Notes: generated by a model not told the origin, from the sequence alone. A stretch of DNA of 64,000 nucleotides from Candidatus Omnitrophota bacterium (GCA_044225175.1 JBGAJA010000001.1:422711-486710); one strand, 5' to 3'; numbered from the stretch's first letter, positions 22,877 through 33,010 are shown. Made by a program: numbers and translations.

Positions 22877-22891
22877 GTACAGGGACAAATT

Positions 22892-23644
22892 ATGAGCAAA
22901 AAAATCAATCTCACATTAAAAGTTTGGCGACAAAAGAGTTCTTCAGCTCATGGAAAATTTGAAATCTATGATGCTAAGGATATTGATACAGATATGTCCT
23001 TTCTTGAAATGCTAGATGTGGTCAATGATAATTTAACCAAATCAGGAATTGATCCAATTGCTTTTGATCATGACTGCAGGGAAGGGATTTGTGGCGCTTG
23101 TGGAGCTGTTGTCAATGGTCAAGCTCATGGGCCAATGAAGGGAACAACCTTGTGTCAGCTTCATATGCGTAATTTTCAAGATGGTCAGGTACTTGTGATT
23201 GAACCATTTCGAGCTAAAGCTTTTCCAATTGTTAAAGATCTTTCGGTCAATCGTTCAGCCTTTGATCGTGTCATTCAAGCTGGTGGTTATATTTCAGTTA
23301 AAACAGGTCAAGCTCCAGATGCTCACGCTGTTCCTGTTCCAAAACCAGCAGCTGATTGGGCGATGAGTGCAGCTGAGTGCATTGGCTGCGGTGCCTGTGT
23401 GGCTGCTTGTCCAAATGCTTCTGCTATGCTTTTTGTATCAGCTAAGATTGATCATTTAAATACTCTTCCCCAAGGTTCCCCAGAACTTAAAAGCCGTACA
23501 TTAAACATGGTCAAGCAAATGGACCAAGAAGGCTTCGGCAACTGTTCCAACGAATACGAATGCGAAGCTGCCTGCCCAAAAGAAATCAGCGTTGAGCATA
23601 TCGCGCGGATGAATAAGATTCATCGAGAAGAGAATTTTTCTTAA
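22892..23644 (+). CDS. sdhB: Succinate dehydrogenase/fumarate reductase iron-sulfur subunit
   Basis: Three Cys clusters: [36 protein letters not shown]. Confidence 0.9.
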   Translation: MSKKINLTLKVWRQKSSSAHGKFEIYDAKDIDTDMSFLEMLDVVNDNLTKSGIDPIAFDHDCREGICGACGAVVNGQAHGPMKGTTLCQLHMRNFQDGQVLVIEPFRAKAFPIVKDLSVNRSAFDRVIQAGGYISVKTGQAPDAHAVPVPKPAADWAMSAAECIGCGACVAACPNASAMLFVSAKIDHLNTLPQGSPELKSRTLNMVKQMDQEGFGNCSNEYECEAACPKEISVEHIARMNKIHREENFS

Positions 23645-24054
23645 TGGATGCTCTTAATTTCTTCATAAATATTAAACTGCCATTCTTTTTAAAAATCATT
23701 ATGTTTCTAGGTTTTATTCCCGCTCTTATATATATATTCTGTAATATTTCTAAAATTTCATTTGCAAATATTATTCGATCACCATTTGTAGTACGGACAC
23801 TATTAATTGAATTCCTTTTATTATTTGTATATGTCTTTTTTATCTACAAGCCTCCAATTAATTTTAATAGAGAATCAATGTTATTTGATAAGGAAAACAA
23901 TTCCCAATCTTCTACCAAAAATCTTACTGCGTTTAATTTTGATAAAGCAAGTCATGTGTATATTAAAGGGAACACTCTTAAAGGTTTTGATAGTATTATC
24001 AATGCATCTAACAGTGATCATATTAATGTGGAAAATAACGATATGAGTAAGTAG
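23644..24054 (+). CDS. Hypothetical small membrane protein, Asn/Ile-rich, in AT-rich segment (ORFan candidate)
   Basis: 136 aa; two N-terminal hydrophobic helices; low-complexity N-rich C-terminus. Confidence 0.35.
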   Translation: MDALNFFINIKLPFFLKIIMFLGFIPALIYIFCNISKISFANIIRSPFVVRTLLIEFLLLFVYVFFIYKPPINFNRESMLFDKENNSQSSTKNLTAFNFDKASHVYIKGNTLKGFDSIINASNSDHINVENNDMSK

Positions 24055-24138
24055 ATTAAATCAACTGCTCCTTATATTCTTATTGATATATTTTCATCTT
24101 TCTAGACAATCTCGTCAGTAGCTAGTACAATCGTCTTT

Positions 24139-25515
24139 ATGTCTTTAACCATCGACAAGCAAACCCTAGCGAAGTATGACGTCGCAGGTCCTCGTTATAC
24201 CAGTTATCCTACCGCTCCAGAATGGAGTAAGGGTTTCACTGCTTTAAATTACATTGAGAAACTTAAGAGTTTTGGAAAAAACGATAAAACTTTATCCCTC
24301 TATATACATGTGCCATTTTGTGAGAATCTCTGCTATTTCTGTGCTTGTAATAAGGTGATTCGGGCAAGCGATGAAAAGGTTGGTGATGAGTTTTTAACGC
24401 ATCTGTTTAAAGAATTGGATATGATTGCCTCTTATATAGACAAAAAGAAAGTCATTCGTCAGCTTCACTGGGGGGGCGGTACACCAACGTATTTATCAGA
24501 GGCTCAAATTAAAAGACTCTTTGCCAAGATCAGCTCCTTATTTGAAATTGATTTCAATGAAGAAATTGCAATTGAAGTTGATCCTAGAACTGTGACACTC
24601 AGTAAGCTTAAGGTTCTTCGTGAACTTGGTTTTAATCGAATTTCACTTGGAGTTCAGGACTTTGATGAAAAGGTCATGGATGATATCAATCGGATTCAGC
24701 CATTCACCCAAGTCAAACAAGTGAGTGACTGGTGCAGACAATTAAAGTTTGAATCACTTAATTTTGATCTAATCTACGGTTTACCATATCAAACCAAAGA
24801 AACATTCAAACAAACCCTTGATTTGGTCATGGGTTTAAGACCAGATCGTATCGCACTTTATAGTTTTGCCTATGTTCCTTGGCTTTCTAAGCCCCAAAAT
24901 AAGTTCAACCTTGAAGCCATTCCAGTTCATGATGACAAATTAGATATTTTTATCAATTCAAGAGAGGCTTTGCTTAAGAATGGTTATCAAGCCATTGCCA
25001 TGGATCATTTTGCCTTAGCGACTGATGAAATGGCTAAAGCTTTTAATGAGGGAAGACTGCATCGAAATTTTATGGGTTACACCGTTAAGCCTGCAGATGA
25101 ATTTATTGGAGTTGGACCATCAGCTATAGGGTTCCTTGAGAACACCTTTGCTCAGAATATTAAGGTTCTTCCAGAATATTATGAAACGATTTCCAAAGAG
25201 CAGCTTCCAATTGAGCGAGGTAAGGTTTTAAGCCAAGATGACATTATTCGTCAGTGGGTCATTCGATCTTTAATGTGTCAGTTTGAAATTAATAAAGATC
25301 TCTTTAGAAAACAGTTTAAGACCAGTTTTGATGAATACTTTAAAGATGAATCCATCCACATTCAAAATTGTATTGAAGATGGATTGGTCATAGTGATTGC
25401 AGATCAGATTTTGGTGACAGATTTAGGTAAGATTTTTATTCGAAATGTCTGTATGGGTTTTGATTGGTATTTAAAACAAAAGGATGCACATAAACGATTT
25501 TCAAGGACAGTTTAA
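24139..25515 (+). CDS. hemN: Oxygen-independent coproporphyrinogen III oxidase-like radical SAM enzyme
   Basis: CxxxCxxC (CYFCAC) radical SAM motif, HemN C-terminal domain; 458 aa. Confidence 0.85.
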   Translation: MSLTIDKQTLAKYDVAGPRYTSYPTAPEWSKGFTALNYIEKLKSFGKNDKTLSLYIHVPFCENLCYFCACNKVIRASDEKVGDEFLTHLFKELDMIASYIDKKKVIRQLHWGGGTPTYLSEAQIKRLFAKISSLFEIDFNEEIAIEVDPRTVTLSKLKVLRELGFNRISLGVQDFDEKVMDDINRIQPFTQVKQVSDWCRQLKFESLNFDLIYGLPYQTKETFKQTLDLVMGLRPDRIALYSFAYVPWLSKPQNKFNLEAIPVHDDKLDIFINSREALLKNGYQAIAMDHFALATDEMAKAFNEGRLHRNFMGYTVKPADEFIGVGPSAIGFLENTFAQNIKVLPEYYETISKEQLPIERGKVLSQDDIIRQWVIRSLMCQFEINKDLFRKQFKTSFDEYFKDESIHIQNCIEDGLVIVIADQILVTDLGKIFIRNVCMGFDWYLKQKDAHKRFSRTV

Positions 25516-25528
25516 AAAGAAAGGTGAT

Positions 25529-26524
25529 ATGGCAACTAAAGCAAAAGTAGAGCAAAGTGATTTTTTATTGGCATTTGAGGGTAAGAATAAGAAGGTGCCT
25601 GTATGGTTTATGCGGCAGGCGGGCAGGTATTTGCCTCAATACCAAGCATTAAAAGCGAAAGTACCTTTAAAAGATCTTTTTAGAAACCCTGAGTTGGCAG
25701 GAGCTATAACTTTACAGCCATTAGAAATTCTTGGGGTTGATGCGGCGATTCTTTTTGCAGACATAATGACAATGCCTTCAGGTATGGGTTTTGATATTGA
25801 TTTTATTGATGGGAAGGGGCCTGTAGTTAAGAATCCGATTTATGGTGCTAGTGATCTCAAACGTTTGGGAAAACTTAATGGATTGGATTATGTGACGCGC
25901 ACGATTCAACTCATAAATGCTGTTCTTCCGCCAACTATACCGCTTATTGGTTTTGCAGGTTCTCCATATACTGTGATGACCTATTTATGTCATAAGAATA
26001 ATCGATTAATGTTTTCAGACCCTAAAGTATTTCATAGCTTCATGTCTCTTTTGACGGACAATACGATTTTGTATCTCAAGCAACAGCAGCAAGCAGGGAT
26101 TAAGTGCTATCAACTTTTTGACACATGGGCAGGAACTCTAAGACGCGAAGAATATCAAGAGTTTGTAATGCCTTATGTTCAAAAGATTTTTAAATCTGTA
26201 AAGCTGCCATCAATTTATTTTCTTAAGAATTGTTCTCATCTTTTAGACTTGATGGATCAAAGTGGAGCAGACCTGTTATCTGTATGTGAGACGGTGGATA
26301 TAGGAAAAATTAAGGTCAAGAGCGGTATTCAGGGCAATTTACTCAATCATTTTCTATATGCTGATGAAAAGACTATCATTGCTGAAACTAGAAAAATTCT
26401 CAAATCTGCCAAAGCTAAACACAGCAAATATGTCTTTAATCTGAACCACGGCGTCATGCCTGATGTAGATCCTCTTAAACTTAAACTAATTGTGGATGAG
26501 GTTCACAAATTTGCCTGGAAATAA
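25529..26524 (+). CDS. hemE: Uroporphyrinogen decarboxylase (ATG 25529 with RBS preferred; longer ORF from 25484 overlaps hemN)
   Basis: PVWFMRQAGRYLPQY signature. Confidence 0.9.
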   Translation: MATKAKVEQSDFLLAFEGKNKKVPVWFMRQAGRYLPQYQALKAKVPLKDLFRNPELAGAITLQPLEILGVDAAILFADIMTMPSGMGFDIDFIDGKGPVVKNPIYGASDLKRLGKLNGLDYVTRTIQLINAVLPPTIPLIGFAGSPYTVMTYLCHKNNRLMFSDPKVFHSFMSLLTDNTILYLKQQQQAGIKCYQLFDTWAGTLRREEYQEFVMPYVQKIFKSVKLPSIYFLKNCSHLLDLMDQSGADLLSVCETVDIGKIKVKSGIQGNLLNHFLYADEKTIIAETRKILKSAKAKHSKYVFNLNHGVMPDVDPLKLKLIVDEVHKFAWK

Positions 26525-27746
26525 AATCGCAATTATTGGTGGGGGCATATCAGGTTTGGCTGTATTGCATTATCTTAAGGCAAGCTGCCCGGAACATGCG
26601 ATTACGCTTTACGAGGCCAATTCTAAGGTTGGGGGATTAATCAATACTTGGGATGATCAGGGGTTTTTCTTTGAAACAGGTCCCAATGCTTTCTTGACCA
26701 ATCAGCCTAATACTCTTGATTTTATCAGAGATGTAGGATTTGATGATCAAATCATTGAAGCTAATACGGCTTCACAGCGCCGTTATGTTCAAATTGATGG
26801 GAAGCTTCAGCAATTTCCTATGAATTTTGGGGCGTTTATTCAGACGCCACTTTTATCTACCAAAGAAAAATTCCGTCTTCTTCAGGGATTGTTTCAGAAA
26901 AATATCTCCAAAGATCAAAGTATTTATGACTATATGTCTAAACGATTTGGGACTGCGGTCGCTGAGCGTTTCATTGACCCTTTCTTATCTGGCGTTTCAG
27001 CTGGAGATATTAAGCGCCTTCATATGCAATGGGCTTTTCCTAAGCTTGGTAGTAAGAAGGGTGGCCAAGCAAAGCTTTGTTCTTTTAAACGTGGGATGGG
27101 AAGCTTAATTCAGCATTTGTTTAAGAAATATGAGGCTAATATTAAACTGGGAATGGTTGTGAATGATTTACAGCAAATTGACTCAGACATAAGAATTCTG
27201 TGTACTCCTGCCTATGTGAGCTCTAAATTGCTTAATCTGGAAGTTCTTAACCAAATCCCATATTCTCCTATTGCGGTGATTGGTTTACTGTTTAAAAAGA
27301 ACTCATTTAAGAATCAACCCAATGGTTTTGGCTATCTTATTCCTTCTACCCAAAAGAAGGAGATTTTAGGGGTTCTTTTGGAAACCAATGTGTTTAACCG
27401 AAGTTCTAGTCCCGATGAGACGGTCATTAGAGTTATGGTGGGAGGGGCGCATAATCCTCAGATTACTGCAAACAGCGACGGAACATTAGTCGAAAAAGCC
27501 ATCCAAGAGTTAGATTTGACCTATGGTCTTAAAGAAAGACCCAAGGGGATTTCTTTTAAAATTTGGCCTAAAGCCATTCCACAGTATGAACTTACCTACC
27601 CTTACATACGAAAAACCATTCAAGATTTCTTGGAACACCACCCTAATATTCATCTGTGTGCTAATTATTTGGATGGAATTTCTTTTAATGACTGCATTTT
27701 TAACGCCAAGGCCGTGGCTGCCAGGGCTCTTGCCCATTCGACTTAA
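26490..27746 (+). CDS. hemY: FAD-dependent protoporphyrinogen oxidase (HemY type); start ambiguous (26490/26496/TTG 26511), overlaps hemE end
   Basis: N-terminal dinucleotide fold IAIIGGGISGLA...YEAN..GG; ~415 aa; hemN-hemE-PPO cluster. Confidence 0.75.
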   Translation: MWMRFTNLPGNKIAIIGGGISGLAVLHYLKASCPEHAITLYEANSKVGGLINTWDDQGFFFETGPNAFLTNQPNTLDFIRDVGFDDQIIEANTASQRRYVQIDGKLQQFPMNFGAFIQTPLLSTKEKFRLLQGLFQKNISKDQSIYDYMSKRFGTAVAERFIDPFLSGVSAGDIKRLHMQWAFPKLGSKKGGQAKLCSFKRGMGSLIQHLFKKYEANIKLGMVVNDLQQIDSDIRILCTPAYVSSKLLNLEVLNQIPYSPIAVIGLLFKKNSFKNQPNGFGYLIPSTQKKEILGVLLETNVFNRSSSPDETVIRVMVGGAHNPQITANSDGTLVEKAIQELDLTYGLKERPKGISFKIWPKAIPQYELTYPYIRKTIQDFLEHHPNIHLCANYLDGISFNDCIFNAKAVAARALAHST

Positions 27747-27800
27747 TTGTGAGATAATCGTTTCAACTTAACAACCGCAGTATTCCTAAGAAAGCAACCC

Positions 27801-28985
27801 ATGATATCCGTTTTTCAAGCCGAAAGTATTGTTTTAAATAGTGCTAAGCTCCTACCAACTGTTTCAATTCCGTTAAAAGAGGCTGTTGGCCGTTTTTTAC
27901 GTGAAGATATTTATAGTGATCGTGATCAACCGCCATTCGATAAGGCGGTGATGGATGGATTTGCGATCAATACAGCCACATATGACAAGGGCACCCGAGA
28001 GTTTGTGATTGAGAAAGTGATTGCAGCCGGCGATAAGCCTTATAAATTAAAAGAAACAGCCCATTGTGCGCAAATCATGACAGGAGCTGTTGTCCCAGGC
28101 GGTGTTAATACCATTATTCCCGTTGAGCAAACCCATCGTTATGGAGACATGGTGACGCTTAAAGATTGGACGCTCGTTAAACCCAAACAAAATATTCGTT
28201 TTAAAGCCAGTGATGCCAAAAAAGGTCAACTTTTGATCAAAGCAGGACGTATTCTTGAAGCTCCTCACATTGGAATTTTGGCTTCAGTCGGTAAGGTTAT
28301 GGTTAAGGTCAGTATGCAGCCTAAGATTGCGATCATTTCTAATGGAGATGAGTTGGTTGACATTCATAAAAAACCACAGGATTATCAAACAAGAACTTCC
28401 AATAGCTATGCTTTAAAAGCCCTTTTAGATTCTAGTAATTTGGCTGATTCACAAATTTTTCATTATTCAGATAATAAAGCCAATCTTCTTAAGGGTATTG
28501 GCAAAAATCTTAAGGATTTTGATATCTTGGTTTTAAGCGGTGGGGTTTCCATGGGAGAGTTTGATTATATTCCAGAGGTTTTAAAGACATTGAAAGTCAA
28601 AATGCTCTTTCATAAGATTGCCCAAAAACCCGGCAAGCCATTGTGGTTTGGAAAAACTAATGGAGGCAAAGCGGTGTTTGCTTTACCGGGGAACCCCGTT
28701 TCAACTCAGATTTGTGCCTATCGTTATTTAATTCCTCATTTGAAGAAAGCTGCAGGTTTTAAAATGCATCAAGAATACGCCACACTGTTATCTGTCCCTA
28801 AAGTCGACACAGATTTAACATCTTTTATTCCTGTTCAAATGAATGAGAAAAACGGCATTCGTTATGCTCAAGCGATTGTGACAGGTGGTTCCGGAGACTT
28901 TTCCGCATTGGCGCAAGCCGATGGATTTATCGAATATGAACAATCCCAAAAAACTTCATGGCCTTATTTTAGCTGGCGGGTTTAG
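27801..28985 (+). CDS. moeA: Molybdopterin molybdenumtransferase
   Basis: MoeA N/central/C-terminal domains; GGVSMGEFD motif. Confidence 0.8.
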   Translation: MISVFQAESIVLNSAKLLPTVSIPLKEAVGRFLREDIYSDRDQPPFDKAVMDGFAINTATYDKGTREFVIEKVIAAGDKPYKLKETAHCAQIMTGAVVPGGVNTIIPVEQTHRYGDMVTLKDWTLVKPKQNIRFKASDAKKGQLLIKAGRILEAPHIGILASVGKVMVKVSMQPKIAIISNGDELVDIHKKPQDYQTRTSNSYALKALLDSSNLADSQIFHYSDNKANLLKGIGKNLKDFDILVLSGGVSMGEFDYIPEVLKTLKVKMLFHKIAQKPGKPLWFGKTNGGKAVFALPGNPVSTQICAYRYLIPHLKKAAGFKMHQEYATLLSVPKVDTDLTSFIPVQMNEKNGIRYAQAIVTGGSGDFSALAQADGFIEYEQSQKTSWPYFSWRV

Positions 28986-29529
28986 TAAGCGTATGGGGCA
29001 AGACAAAGCCCTGATTAACTACCACGGTAAGCCCCAAATAAAATTCCTCTTTGACCTGCTCACAGAGTGTTGTGACAGTGTTTTTATCTCCAAAAGAAAT
29101 GATCAAACATCGACGGACCATTCGTATATTAATGACGATTTAAGCTTTGAAGGCGGGGGACCTCTTGTTGGTATTTTGTCCGCAATGAAAGCTCATCCTG
29201 ATGCTTCCTGGCTTGTGATGGCTTGTGATCTTCCTTTTGTCACACAAGAGGCGCTACAACTATTAATTCAACAACGTGACCCATCCAAATTAGCAACCGC
29301 TTTTAAAAGCACCCACGATCAACTTCCCGAACCTTTATGTGCTATTTGGGAATCTCATGCCTATGAAAGAATTTTAGATTTATTTAAAGAAGGCATGCAT
29401 TGCCCCAGAAAAATGCTGATTAAAAATGATATTAAGTTACTAGATCAAAAGAATCCAAGATGGTTGGATAATGTGAATGATTTAACAGATCTTAATCAAG
29501 CCTTAAATGTATTGAAAAAAGAGAAGTAA
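28936..29529 (+). CDS. mobA: Molybdenum cofactor guanylyltransferase MobA-like (start uncertain 28885-28936, overlaps moeA)
   Basis: LILAGGFSKRMGQDKAL nucleotidyltransferase motif. Confidence 0.7.
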   Translation: MNNPKKLHGLILAGGFSKRMGQDKALINYHGKPQIKFLFDLLTECCDSVFISKRNDQTSTDHSYINDDLSFEGGGPLVGILSAMKAHPDASWLVMACDLPFVTQEALQLLIQQRDPSKLATAFKSTHDQLPEPLCAIWESHAYERILDLFKEGMHCPRKMLIKNDIKLLDQKNPRWLDNVNDLTDLNQALNVLKKEK

Positions 29530-29583
29530 AATTTTGAAGAATGTTCTTTTGGATATTCTGAAGCATTGTTAATGTAATTATCT

Positions 29584-31917
29584 ATGAAAAAAGATCAGTG
29601 CATCATTAGCGAATTAGCCAAGATTGTTTCACAGGACCATTCTCTAAAGGCCCTTTGGCTGGATGTGGCCCATAAGAAGGTTTCTTTTGCGTTTGAAGAT
29701 GGCATGGAAACGGAAGAAAGCAGACAAAGGCTTCAAGAAATAGTGTCCCACTATAAGCCGGATGTTGATTCGAAATGCATTCAAGATGTTTGGCAGGACA
29801 TGGATTGTGCCTTATGTCATAAAAGTGCAAAGCATTCCATTCCTGATAATATCAAACTTGTGACCATTCCTCGTTCCGGTTTGTTGATTGAAAAGTTGAA
29901 TATTTCGACCCCGCGTTGTCTGTGGCGTTGGCAGCAATTCCCCTGGATCCATTTTAAACCGCGTCAATTCACGTTACCTCCTGATTTAATTAATCTTACA
30001 GAATGGAAGCAAGAGCTAGGAGGCGCGATTATTTGTGCTATTGCAACCCTGATTGGGTTTTTAATCGAAAAAACTGTTATTCCATTGCCGCCAGGTGTTG
30101 CAATTGGCTGTTATGTGATGGCTTATATTGCAGGGGCTTATTTTCCTTTTAGGGAAACCATTGAACTATTGCGTAAGGGCATTTTGGATGTTCATTTCTT
30201 AATGATGTGTGTTGCTTTGGGGGCGGCATTTATTGGTCATTGGTGGGAGGGGGCAACGTTATTGTTCCTGTTTTCTTTAAGCGGCGCTCTGGAAGAGATG
30301 GCGATGGCGAACACCGAGCGCGAAATTAAAAGTTTATTTAAAGAAGCTCCCAAGACCGCCACGATCTTGGATAACGAAGGCCATGAATTCACATTAAATG
30401 TTGAAGACTTAAAAGTGGGGATGCTTTTGAGAGTCCGTCCTGGAGAATTATTTCCTGTTGATTCCCTTGTTATGAGGGGTTCAAGTGCAGCTAATGAGGC
30501 TAATTTAACGGGAGAGTCACTTCCCGTCGATAAAAAGCCTGGAGATCATGTGTTTAGCGGTACGATCAATCTGTGGGGATCGGTAGATTGCCGTATTTCC
30601 AAACTGGCTAGTGACAGTGTTTTGGCCAAGATTATTGAGTTAATTGAAAAGGCCCAGGAAAGCAAGGCCCCTTCGCAAAGATTTACCGATCAATTCAGTA
30701 CGGGATACACCTATGCAATTTTAGGTGGTAGTATATTGATGTTCTTCGTTTGGTGCTTTGTTTTTCATGTCCCGGCTTTTATAGGAACTGAAACACAGAC
30801 ATCTGCTTTTTATCGAGCGATGACTCTTCTAGTTGTAGCATCCCCATGTGCGCTTGTCTTATCCATTCCTTCGGCCATTCTAGCTGGAATTGCAGCTGGC
30901 GCTAAGGGAGGCGTGTTATTCCGTGGTGGAGTTGCCATTGAGAAATTAGCTGAGGTCACACGAGTGGCTTTAGACAAGACGGGAACTTTAACAACGGGTG
31001 AGCTTAAAGTCATCAAGATTTATCCATATACGCAGGGCAAGGAACAAGAGGTATTAAAATTAGCTGCCTCAATTGCCCATCATTCTACGCATCCCGTTTC
31101 TAAGGCCATAGCAAAGACATATTTGGATCAAGGTGGGGAGCTCTTTGAAGTTAGAGATTTTGAGTCCTTATCTGGTTTAGGTTTACAAGCCAATGTGGTA
31201 TTGTCTGAAGGATCTTTCGTAAAAGTCAGGCTGGGCCGCCGATCCATGTTTCCTATGCTTGCGTCGATGAGTGAGCCTGAAATAGGTGTAACTGAGGTGA
31301 TGGTGGAGTCTGCCCAGATTAAAGGACAGATCCTTTTATTAGATCAAGTCAGAGCCGTGAGTGCTCCTCTTTTGAAGGATTTGCAGGCCAAGGGTATTAA
31401 GGTAAGCATGTTAACAGGAGATCGTCCTGAGGCAGCAGAGCTCATTGCCAAGCAAATAGGTTTAACAGATATTTATGCAGCTTTGACTCCGGAACAAAAA
31501 GTGCGTCAAATACAACAATGGCAATCTCAAGGAGAGAAGGTTGCGATGGTGGGAGATGGAGTCAATGATGCTCCTAGTTTAGCTGCTTCTTATGTGGCTG
31601 TGGGAATGGGAATGCGTGGTTCTGCAGCAGTTCTTGAACAGGCAGATATTGTGCTTGTGCAAGACAAACTAGAAAATTTCATTTTTGCCTTTAATCTCAG
31701 CAAAAAAGCTCGTAGAATCATTCAACAAAATTTAACGATCTCTTTAGGTGTTATTCTTGTTTTAGTTTTTAGTGCCCTGGGAAGTGCGATTCCTTTAACG
31801 GTTGGGGTGATTGGGCATGAAGGATCAACTGTAATTGTCGTTTTAAATAGTCTGAGATTATTAATTAAACATAGAGAAGAGGCAATGCCTCGTCTGTACA
31901 AAAATGAAATAATATGA
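29584..31917 (+). CDS. P1B-4-type heavy-metal (Co/Fe/Zn-class) translocating P-type ATPase with ~145-aa N-terminal cytoplasmic extension
   Basis: TM4 SPC motif (VVASPCALVLS), DKTGTLT phosphorylation site, GDGVNDAP, TM6 HEGST signature; 777 aa. Confidence 0.85.
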   Translation: MKKDQCIISELAKIVSQDHSLKALWLDVAHKKVSFAFEDGMETEESRQRLQEIVSHYKPDVDSKCIQDVWQDMDCALCHKSAKHSIPDNIKLVTIPRSGLLIEKLNISTPRCLWRWQQFPWIHFKPRQFTLPPDLINLTEWKQELGGAIICAIATLIGFLIEKTVIPLPPGVAIGCYVMAYIAGAYFPFRETIELLRKGILDVHFLMMCVALGAAFIGHWWEGATLLFLFSLSGALEEMAMANTEREIKSLFKEAPKTATILDNEGHEFTLNVEDLKVGMLLRVRPGELFPVDSLVMRGSSAANEANLTGESLPVDKKPGDHVFSGTINLWGSVDCRISKLASDSVLAKIIELIEKAQESKAPSQRFTDQFSTGYTYAILGGSILMFFVWCFVFHVPAFIGTETQTSAFYRAMTLLVVASPCALVLSIPSAILAGIAAGAKGGVLFRGGVAIEKLAEVTRVALDKTGTLTTGELKVIKIYPYTQGKEQEVLKLAASIAHHSTHPVSKAIAKTYLDQGGELFEVRDFESLSGLGLQANVVLSEGSFVKVRLGRRSMFPMLASMSEPEIGVTEVMVESAQIKGQILLLDQVRAVSAPLLKDLQAKGIKVSMLTGDRPEAAELIAKQIGLTDIYAALTPEQKVRQIQQWQSQGEKVAMVGDGVNDAPSLAASYVAVGMGMRGSAAVLEQADIVLVQDKLENFIFAFNLSKKARRIIQQNLTISLGVILVLVFSALGSAIPLTVGVIGHEGSTVIVVLNSLRLLIKHREEAMPRLYKNEII

Positions 31918-32981
31918 TCGTCATTGGTTTAAATCATAAAACCGCTCCCATCGAAATCCGTGAGAAATTCTTTTTGAACCCCTCTCAGCAGGACATTCTT
32001 CTTTTAGAATTGAAGAATCATCCTTTAATTAGTGAAGCATTTGTTTTGTCTACATGCAATCGTATTGAAGTTTATCTTGAACAAACTGATCCCAGTGTAA
32101 ATCTGGATTTTGTTGTTTCTTTAATTTCGAAGGTCAAGAAGATTGGTTTTGATAGTGATATTAAGAAGTATCTTTATACACATGAAGGCCAGTCAGCCAT
32201 TGAACATATTTTAAGAGTATCGACAGGGCTTGATTCTTTGGTTTTGGGTGAAAGGCAAATTTTAGGACAGGTGAAAGCTTCAGCTATTCGAGCCAGAGAG
32301 GTTGGTCTATTATCACGATATTTTAATATTCTCACTAATATTGCAATTCGCGCTGGAAAGAAAGCTCAGAATGAGACAGATATTAGTCTTGGAGGATCCT
32401 CCGTCAGTTGGGCTGCTATTGAAATGGCCCAGCAAACCCTGGGAACTTTGGAAAACAAAAGTGTGCTTGTGATTGGTGCTGGAAAGATGGGGGAGTTGGC
32501 GCTGACGAATCTAAAGAATCATTCAGTTTCAAAAATTTATTTGATGAATCGCACGGGTGAGAAAGCTGAAGATTTAGCCAAACAATATGACGGCATTGCG
32601 GCTTCTTTTTGGGATATTAAAGAAATCCTTACTGAAGTAGATGTCTGCTTTTGTTCCGTAGGTGCGCCGCATTATCTTTTGGATGTCGAGAAGATTAATA
32701 ACATCATGAAATTGCGAAACGGGCGTAAATTAATTTTAATTGATATCTCCATGCCTCGTAATATTGATCCTGCCGTAGGACAGCTAGAAGGTGTTCATTT
32801 AAGCTCAATTGATGCTCTTGATGGGGTTGTTCAATCCAATATGAAGAAACGTCAAGAAGCTATTATCCAGGTTGAGGCCATCATTTCACAAAAGAAGTTA
32901 GAGTTTAATCAGAAATGGGACAAGCTCAAATCTTTAAATGATTCTGATTTCTATCAAGCTTCTCAAAAATCGGTTCTATAA
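31914..32981 (+). CDS. hemA: Glutamyl-tRNA reductase (ATGA overlap with upstream ATPase stop)
   Basis: LSTCNRIEVY active-site Cys motif; NAD-binding GAGKMG. Confidence 0.85.
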   Translation: MIVIGLNHKTAPIEIREKFFLNPSQQDILLLELKNHPLISEAFVLSTCNRIEVYLEQTDPSVNLDFVVSLISKVKKIGFDSDIKKYLYTHEGQSAIEHILRVSTGLDSLVLGERQILGQVKASAIRAREVGLLSRYFNILTNIAIRAGKKAQNETDISLGGSSVSWAAIEMAQQTLGTLENKSVLVIGAGKMGELALTNLKNHSVSKIYLMNRTGEKAEDLAKQYDGIAASFWDIKEILTEVDVCFCSVGAPHYLLDVEKINNIMKLRNGRKLILIDISMPRNIDPAVGQLEGVHLSSIDALDGVVQSNMKKRQEAIIQVEAIISQKKLEFNQKWDKLKSLNDSDFYQASQKSVL

Positions 32982-33010
32982 AAAATAAATTTTAAAAAAA
33001 GGTTTATTCG

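Noticed and set aside
23807-24046. Alternative + frame ORF inside the 23644-24054 ORFan
   Set aside because: It overlaps in a different frame in AT-rich DNA. The longer ORF starting at the sdhB stop is preferred, though neither is strongly supported.
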